Positions 58,108-64,000 of a DNA stretch of 64,000 bases are shown here, piece after piece; positions within the stretch are counted from its first letter, which is position 1, and the number at the start of each line of letters is the position of its first letter. The stretch covers positions 533-64,532 of IMG/VR virus record IMGVR_UViG_3300042892_001369. One strand, given 5' to 3'. The translations under genes and the position numbers were made by a program. This stretch comes from a virus. Lineage: Duplodnaviria; Caudoviricetes. The notes beneath the pieces were generated by a model. The model ran no database searches. It worked only from the letters and a program-made list of their open reading frames with translations, and was not told the DNA's origin.

Positions 58108-59139
58108 TTATATTTTTTTAAATTCAACATCTAATAAAGAATAATCTACTTTGTCATAGCCATCTTCTGTTTTAATTATAGCGTTTAACGGTATTTCATC
58201 TGACATTACCCCTTGAAAAGTACCTTCTCCTATATTTTTATCTTTGTATTCAAAAGAATAAATATTTAATCCGCTTTTGGATATACCAATTTTTTTAATA
58301 TTTGTTTTTAATCTTCTATCTGATGATGGATAAATGATTGGGGAAACAGCTGGCTGAGGATAAATAGCCGGCCCTGTAGCGGTGCTAATTACCCCTGTTG
58401 GAGAAGTTGTTTTGTTTGATCCGCTAGCAGCCATAGAGGAAGCTATTGAACCTAATCCACCGATCATTCCAGTTAATGCTCCCATCTGATCGGCTCTAGC
58501 CTGCATTTGTTGTGCTTGAGCTTGTTGTTGTTGCCCCGCTACGCGGTCCATTCGCGCAACCTCTCGGTCCTCTCTTGTTCCAAACATAAACTGTTGACCG
58601 GCAACATCAGCTTGCTGAATCCTTTGAGCTTCAGACATTTGTATGCTTTGTATTCTTTGGGCTTCGGCCATTTTAATTTGTTGCAGTTGCTGTTCTCCCT
58701 GGGCTCGTAATTTTTGATTATCAGCTTCTTGCATCTCAATACTAGCAGATATTTCTTTTTTACTTTGTAATGCCGCTTGGGCTAATGCAGTTGCTCCACC
58801 CGCTCCAGCTCCGGTTTGTTGTAATGTATCTAATGTATTTGCTAACGACATATCCGCTTGCTCTGCTTGAAACTCAGCTGCTTTTGTAGCAACTCCTAAG
58901 CTATCATAAGGATTTGATACCATGCCAGATAAATCAGAGGCCATAGAACTAATGTCTCTAACCCCAGCGTAAGGATTTATAATCGCTTGACGTGATTGCT
59001 CTAATCTATTTAATTCTTTAGCTTTTGCTTTTGCGGCTCTTGCTGCAGCTCGGCGAGCTCGATTAGCGCTGCTCATGCCTATTAACCCTGACGCTATTGA
59101 TGCTCCGGCCCCAATGCAACCAACTACTACCATTGACAT
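58108..59139 (-). CDS. Pilot/ejection-like protein with C-terminal peptidase S74 (intramolecular chaperone) domain
   Basis: G/A-rich hydrophobic N-terminus, A/Q-rich coils and SDRRLKTNIKKIG...GVMSDE...VDYS. Confidence 0.75.
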   Translation of the reverse strand: MSMVVVGCIGAGASIASGLIGMSSANRARRAAARAAKAKAKELNRLEQSRQAIINPYAGVRDISSMASDLSGMVSNPYDSLGVATKAAEFQAEQADMSLANTLDTLQQTGAGAGGATALAQAALQSKKEISASIEMQEADNQKLRAQGEQQLQQIKMAEAQRIQSIQMSEAQRIQQADVAGQQFMFGTREDREVARMDRVAGQQQQAQAQQMQARADQMGALTGMIGGLGSIASSMAASGSNKTTSPTGVISTATGPAIYPQPAVSPIIYPSSDRRLKTNIKKIGISKSGLNIYSFEYKDKNIGEGTFQGVMSDEIPLNAIIKTEDGYDKVDYSLLDVEFKKI

Positions 59140-59142
59140 ATT

Positions 59143-59616
59143 TTATTCGTTTAAAAGTTTATATTCTTTGTATTCTTCATAAGACTTGCAGGTTAACATA
59201 TCTTCCAATGTTGCAATGTCCGTTATATTTTCCGGGTTTGGATATACATTGACGAAGACAGAATCTTCAACCGCGTATATAACTCTTTTGGTGCCTTCTG
59301 GTGCATAAACATAACAAGGAGCTATGTAAGCATTAACTCCCTCGTCTGTAGCCACCGTAATCTCTCCTTCTAATAAAAACCATGTATGTGATATCTTATA
59401 TAATTTTCCAATCACAACCCCTGTTTTTTGCATAAACATCTCCCGAATATAAACTCCCTCAGAAAATGAATGCTTTAATGGAAACATATCAGAATTCCCC
59501 TTTGCTACCAAGTCTGTGTTCATTGCCAGCATAGAGGATTCTAATTGTTCTACTTTATTTATGAACTCAGTATTTATTAACCGATGTTCTTGATTTAATT
59601 TAATTTGATTTTCCAT
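59143..59616 (-). CDS. Cupin-like protein
   Basis: LKHSFSEGVYIREMFM...HTWFLLEGEITV...APEGTKRV pattern. Confidence 0.6.
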   Translation of the reverse strand: MENQIKLNQEHRLINTEFINKVEQLESSMLAMNTDLVAKGNSDMFPLKHSFSEGVYIREMFMQKTGVVIGKLYKISHTWFLLEGEITVATDEGVNAYIAPCYVYAPEGTKRVIYAVEDSVFVNVYPNPENITDIATLEDMLTCKSYEEYKEYKLLNE

Positions 59617-59622
59617 TTATAT

Positions 59623-61068
59623 TTAGTAACTTGATACCGAGAACACTGACCCTACACTCCATAATTCTTTTAATCCTCCCGGATTGGTTACAGAATCGGT
59701 TGACATAGTAACTGTAGCAAATCTACCTTTAATACCAGTCATTTGCTGACCATATAATATCTCCTCGTTTGCAGGGGCACTATTATTAACTAGGTTAGCA
59801 TAATATTTATTTTCTTTTCTATTAAAACCATAATGGTAAGTAACGCCCCCCTCTGTATACGTACCCCCTATGTAACTTGGCACTATTGCTGTTGTATCAT
59901 TCACAGAAATCCAAGTACCTGGACTAGATCCTGGGTCAAATTTTTGCGCATCTGATATAAAACTATTAACTTGCCAGCCATTGTCTCCTTCGTAGTTAAC
60001 TGTTTTAAAGTTTTTAGCAATTGAAGGGTTTTCATTAAGCACAAATGTAATAGATGACGCATAGCCAGTTGATGGTGTTGGCAATCCGTAAAATTGCCCT
60101 ACAGGAACATTGTTACTATAATGTTGCCATAATTTACCATCATTTAAGGAATACACTTTATTTCGTATGCTGAATAATTGAGATGGTTTAAATGTAAAAA
60201 ACCCTGTAAATCCAGTAACTAATTCATCAAAATTTGTAGTTGCATAATATTGATTTGGGTTTGTTCTACTTGTTTGCAAAGATAATACATATTGTTTATT
60301 ATGTATATCCCACCCACCTATAATGTACCCTGGGCCAATATTTGTAGAAGGTGAACTTATAGAATTAAAAGCATCCCTAAAAAAATCAGTCATTCCGTTC
60401 TCTGAAATTTCTGTTATCCCATCCTGGGATAATCTAAGCACCGCGTTACGGAATCTATCTGTAAAGTATTTTCTATATCCATAAACAGCAAAACTTTGGG
60501 GATCTTGACTAATACCATAGTTACCAGCATAAGCTTGAATATCGCCAATGACAGCAAATGATGATGTTACCGTCCCTCCTCCTTCAGCAGAATATATTGC
60601 ATCCTTATCAATTAACGCTCTACTAACTTTATCTTCTTGAAATATAATTAGGTTTGTATCCTCAGCATATAATCTTTGTATAGATCCATTAGATGGATTT
60701 AAGCTTTTTGTTATATCTTCTCCTACTGAAAATTGATTGGTATTGTTTGTTCCTGTTCTGGAATTATATACTCCTGAATATATTAATGAACTTGATCTTA
60801 TCGATGCTCCATTGTCGTCTTCAACTATGTAAGCTTTTGGTCCAAAGTCAACTGTTGTATCGTTATATCCACCTTGTATTCTAGCTTCCTCAACAAACCA
60901 CTCACGGTCATTTGGGTTTACCTCTAAATTTGGAGTAGGATAACCCCCTATTTCCTCAGGTATACCAAAAGATCCACCATATACAGGGTCAAAGTCTGCA
61001 GGGTCATCTGTTAATACTTTTTTTAATAAAAATGTATTAAAATATTTAACTTCTATTGATGCTGCCAT
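59623..61068 (-). CDS. Tail protein (nozzle/stabilization-like)
   Basis: Beta-propeller-like content (GNYGISQDPQSFA, YFTDRFRNAVLRL) and KNFKTVNYEG. Confidence 0.6.
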   Translation of the reverse strand: MAASIEVKYFNTFLLKKVLTDDPADFDPVYGGSFGIPEEIGGYPTPNLEVNPNDREWFVEEARIQGGYNDTTVDFGPKAYIVEDDNGASIRSSSLIYSGVYNSRTGTNNTNQFSVGEDITKSLNPSNGSIQRLYAEDTNLIIFQEDKVSRALIDKDAIYSAEGGGTVTSSFAVIGDIQAYAGNYGISQDPQSFAVYGYRKYFTDRFRNAVLRLSQDGITEISENGMTDFFRDAFNSISSPSTNIGPGYIIGGWDIHNKQYVLSLQTSRTNPNQYYATTNFDELVTGFTGFFTFKPSQLFSIRNKVYSLNDGKLWQHYSNNVPVGQFYGLPTPSTGYASSITFVLNENPSIAKNFKTVNYEGDNGWQVNSFISDAQKFDPGSSPGTWISVNDTTAIVPSYIGGTYTEGGVTYHYGFNRKENKYYANLVNNSAPANEEILYGQQMTGIKGRFATVTMSTDSVTNPGGLKELWSVGSVFSVSSY

Positions 61069-61076
61069 ATAATTAT

Positions 61077-61102
61077 TATCACTTATTTATTGTATTAATT
61101 AC
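61077..61102 (-). promoter_or_regulatory. Putative late promoter GTAA-N16-GTGATA
   Basis: Heads the ejection-protein operon, just after a hairpin. Confidence 0.45.
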
Positions 61103-61132
61103 GGTAGTATAACGAAATGCATTATACTACCG
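61102..61132 (-). terminator. Intergenic hairpin
   Basis: CGGTAGTATAA...TTATACTACCG perfect 11-bp stem. Confidence 0.6.
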
Positions 61133-61151
61133 CAATGATATTGCATATTTT

Positions 61152-64000
61152 TTAATTTATATACATTCCACCTGGACCTCCTTCGGTCCCAAAGTATGTA
61201 ACCGTTACATCAAATGACCATGTGCCTGGCCCTACCAATTCTATTTCATCAATTGAGTAACCTCCTATCCCGTCATCATAATCTGCAATTAATACAGGAA
61301 ATGGTTCTCCTGGACCAGTTATAATGACTTGAGCCAATACGCGATTAGCTCCCCAAGGAAATGGAAATGCACCTGCTCTTATTATAGCGGTAATACCGTC
61401 TATGACTTGAATTGTACCCAACGATGAAAAGTTTCTGTCAATTTCATTCCCGGTTGATACATAGCCAGGTCCTCCTGCTATTACAACTGGTATAATGCCA
61501 TACTCTTCAGAAAGGTTTACTGTTATCGTTATTTCATCAAATAATCCACCCGCGTCTGTTAAACGTATGGTTATAACATAACTACCCTCGACTATATCTC
61601 CACTTGGCTGAACTAATAATCCAGTTACCGGGTCTATGTAAAAATCAGGGCTATAACTTGTTATTGTCCAAGTTAAATCAAGCAACTGGTCCCCTCCATT
61701 TATATTCGACCCATTCACCCCAACAAATTCATGAATACCAACTTGTCCTATTGGAAAGTTATATACAGTAGGATTTATAAGAGGATCGCTGTCTATAGTC
61801 GGAGCAACATTTTGTAAAGCTCCTGTTTTTTGGAATTCAGTTGATGTTGTAGGTGTTGTAACTGTTATAAAAAACTTATACGACTCAATATCACTTGCGT
61901 CAAAACCGTAATAAAAATAATCTGTAGTTATCAAATTAAATGTATCCCCTGCTCCGACAACTATTTGAAACCTGCCTACAACTGGGTTGTTTAATTGATC
62001 AAATACTTGCAAAGACAATTGTCCTATAGAGAATGGCATAGGTATACCTAGTACGTCTGCAAAATAAAACCCTGTTACAGCATCATCTCCTAATTCAGCA
62101 GATTCAAATAATTCAAATGACCAATCTATTAAAGAATATGGAGCATCAGAATCGGCAGCAATTGCTTCATTAAGTTCTGTTATTATTCCAGACGTTGCGG
62201 TTTCCCAGTATAAATCTAACCTTGAATCTACAGGTTCTGTTTCCATTACAGCTAAATTTGCTAAAGCAACAAATCCAGCTTCTTGAGGAGCCGGTAATCC
62301 AGCTGTAGTTACCCCTATTTTTGAAACAGTTGACAATCTACCTATTAATGGATTAGATATATTTTGGTAAAATTGATAATACTGGGGAGGCACTAACGTC
62401 CCTGTTCCTTGTGTAGATTCAGGAAATAAAGAATTTAAAGTCGCAATAGTATTAACAAAAGAAAATGTATTTCCAGGATAAAATTGTTGATTTAAAAGAT
62501 AAGGAACAGGTGGGTCGGATGGAGTATATAGATTATTTACTCTTGAATATAATCTAACGCTACTTCTATACTGTTCCTGCGTCCCACTAATATCGTTTAA
62601 GTCTCTTGGAACTTTGTTTATATTATCCCCTATAATTACAAAATGTGAAGTTTTACCAAGTTCTTTTGTATCCTCAACTGGATAAGATGCCATTACTCCA
62701 GGCAGATATACATTATAATAATCTTGTTCGTTTTGTTTTACTACAATTTTATATGAGTACCATCCCAGTGGATTATAGTCGATACTTGCAGCGTCTCCAT
62801 TATATACACCTGGCCAATCTAATATACCATTTCCAGATATTACTTCATTAAATAATACTTTTAATGAATAACCGGGCCATTGGTTTATTATTTCACCATT
62901 TTGAGGTATATTACTGCCTGGTTCTTCCTCTCCAAAATATGGAACATATAAAGAGGCTGCACCATAACTCGTAGGGCCTAAATCAGCTGGTATAACCGCA
63001 TTTGAAAGTATAACTCCAGATTGACGCCCAAATTTATCAGACAATACTACACCAACTTCATAATTCCTATTCTGTTTTACGGAATGATTTGGATATTCGA
63101 TCTTACTAGTATAATTTCTTATAGGATCAAAATTGAATTTATTGGTACAAGTTACATTGTAATTAAAAAATTTTGGATAACCTTGTTTGTCTTGATAATT
63201 ACTATAAACAATGCGGTTACTAATTATTTCTTGCCCCAATGCCTTTACAGGAGTTTTGTCATATACTCTAATTAAGTCTCTTTCAGGTAATGTTTTAAAC
63301 GGCTTTTTAGACTGATAATTATAAACATATATATCGGAGCCACCCGTCTGCGCGGCTATTTCAGAAACTGGTATAATATCTACTACCTGAACGGCAAGTC
63401 CATTTGACTCTTTATATAATATGTCAATCTCAGATATTTTGCATACAGACTCTAACATATCTCCGGGACATGGCAGTTTTATCTGTAAATAAATATCATT
63501 TACTTTATTGTACATAAATGAAACAACCGTACTTCTGAAAGCCGCTGTTTCATTATCAACCAAAGGTTCTTGCGTAGGGTCTACATTTGGCTCATATAGA
63601 AAATACCCATCTTGTTTAGGTATAAATGCTATTTGTGTAAATGGCGCAAATATAGAATACTCGTTATCATTAAATCTAAATCTATAACTAAATCTAACAA
63701 ATTTATCTTCTAAATATGTAGGATCGCCTATGAAATTAGGATTATAATATGGGTTAGCATTAAATTTTATTTCTTGATTATCTGCTAATGTTATATTACC
63801 GGATACTACCACAGTAAATGGAGGCAAAAGTGGGTCATTATATGTTACAACTCTAATATCATTTGGTATGCCTACACCAGAAACTAATTGCCCTGGTGAA
63901 GGATCAAATTCTAATACTGGATCGTCTATAACAAATGTATTTGTTGATGTAATTGCTCCATTTACAATAGCTGTTGACCCGTAAGGAGGAAGAAACTCAC
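61152..64000 (-). CDS. C-terminal part of a large tail protein, enters from the right edge
   Basis: The frame stays open upstream of 63827 to the window end; FVRFSYRFRFNDNEYS motif and an Ig/cadherin-like C-terminal region. Confidence 0.75.
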   Translation of the reverse strand, partial: EFLPPYGSTAIVNGAITSTNTFVIDDPVLEFDPSPGQLVSGVGIPNDIRVVTYNDPLLPPFTVVVSGNITLADNQEIKFNANPYYNPNFIGDPTYLEDKFVRFSYRFRFNDNEYSIFAPFTQIAFIPKQDGYFLYEPNVDPTQEPLVDNETAAFRSTVVSFMYNKVNDIYLQIKLPCPGDMLESVCKISEIDILYKESNGLAVQVVDIIPVSEIAAQTGGSDIYVYNYQSKKPFKTLPERDLIRVYDKTPVKALGQEIISNRIVYSNYQDKQGYPKFFNYNVTCTNKFNFDPIRNYTSKIEYPNHSVKQNRNYEVGVVLSDKFGRQSGVILSNAVIPADLGPTSYGAASLYVPYFGEEEPGSNIPQNGEIINQWPGYSLKVLFNEVISGNGILDWPGVYNGDAASIDYNPLGWYSYKIVVKQNEQDYYNVYLPGVMASYPVEDTKELGKTSHFVIIGDNINKVPRDLNDISGTQEQYRSSVRLYSRVNNLYTPSDPPVPYLLNQQFYPGNTFSFVNTIATLNSLFPESTQGTGTLVPPQYYQFYQNISNPLIGRLSTVSKIGVTTAGLPAPQEAGFVALANLAVMETEPVDSRLDLYWETATSGIITELNEAIAADSDAPYSLIDWSFELFESAELGDDAVTGFYFADVLGIPMPFSIGQLSLQVFDQLNNPVVGRFQIVVGAGDTFNLITTDYFYYGFDASDIESYKFFITVTTPTTSTEFQKTGALQNVAPTIDSDPLINPTVYNFPIGQVGIHEFVGVNGSNINGGDQLLDLTWTITSYSPDFYIDPVTGLLVQPSGDIVEGSYVITIRLTDAGGLFDEITITVNLSEEYGIIPVVIAGGPGYVSTGNEIDRNFSSLGTIQVIDGITAIIRAGAFPFPWGANRVLAQVIITGPGEPFPVLIADYDDGIGGYSIDEIELVGPGTWSFDVTVTYFGTEGGPGGMYIN

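Noticed and set aside
5506-63275. Numerous short ORFs antisense to long genes (e.g. 6376-6729, 15107-15685, 42020-42316, 54272-54604)
   Set aside because: They are shadow frames of well-supported genes on the opposite strand.
1-64000. Stop-codon reassignment as seen in some crAss-like phages
   Set aside because: Long genes are intact in the standard code, and TAG and TGA both end genes at sensible boundaries.

Overview
This window looks like most of a lytic, podovirus-type phage genome, circularly permuted, with a probable Bacteroidota (Flavobacteria-like) host. Host evidence is A-rich start contexts without Shine-Dalgarno sites, Bacteroidota-style lipoproteins and a crAss-like virion module. 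The minus strand at 1-27.1 kb carries tail, capsid, scaffold, portal and terminase genes, GroEL with two GroES-like genes, a lysis cassette, tail fibres and small basic proteins. The plus strand at 27.5-47.7 kb carries small early ORFs, a sigma factor, recombination genes, an SSB, a T7-like primase-helicase, a ThyA homolog, MazG-like genes, a resolvase and a class II RNR. No DNA polymerase is recognisable. The minus strand at 47.8-64 kb carries ejection and tail proteins. The strongest candidate for a new system is a 2936-aa virion protein that reads like a polyprotein: an HExxH zincin, a sigma70 region-2-like segment and a HAD phosphatase, with four RSK motifs at apparent module boundaries. 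It is paired with 15 copies of a rigidly spaced non-host early promoter motif (TACA-N6-RYACG-N9-TGATAATA-N4-TGTAAC), a free-standing sigma gene and a distinct late motif (GTAA-N16-GTRATA). Together these suggest an injected-sigma transcription cascade. Also notable are a ThyA with Asp at the Asn177 position (candidate dCMP-modifying enzyme), a three-copy palindromic operator, a tRNA-like RNA and a shared SPxKQ motif in small virion proteins. All family calls come from reading motifs by eye; no searches were run.
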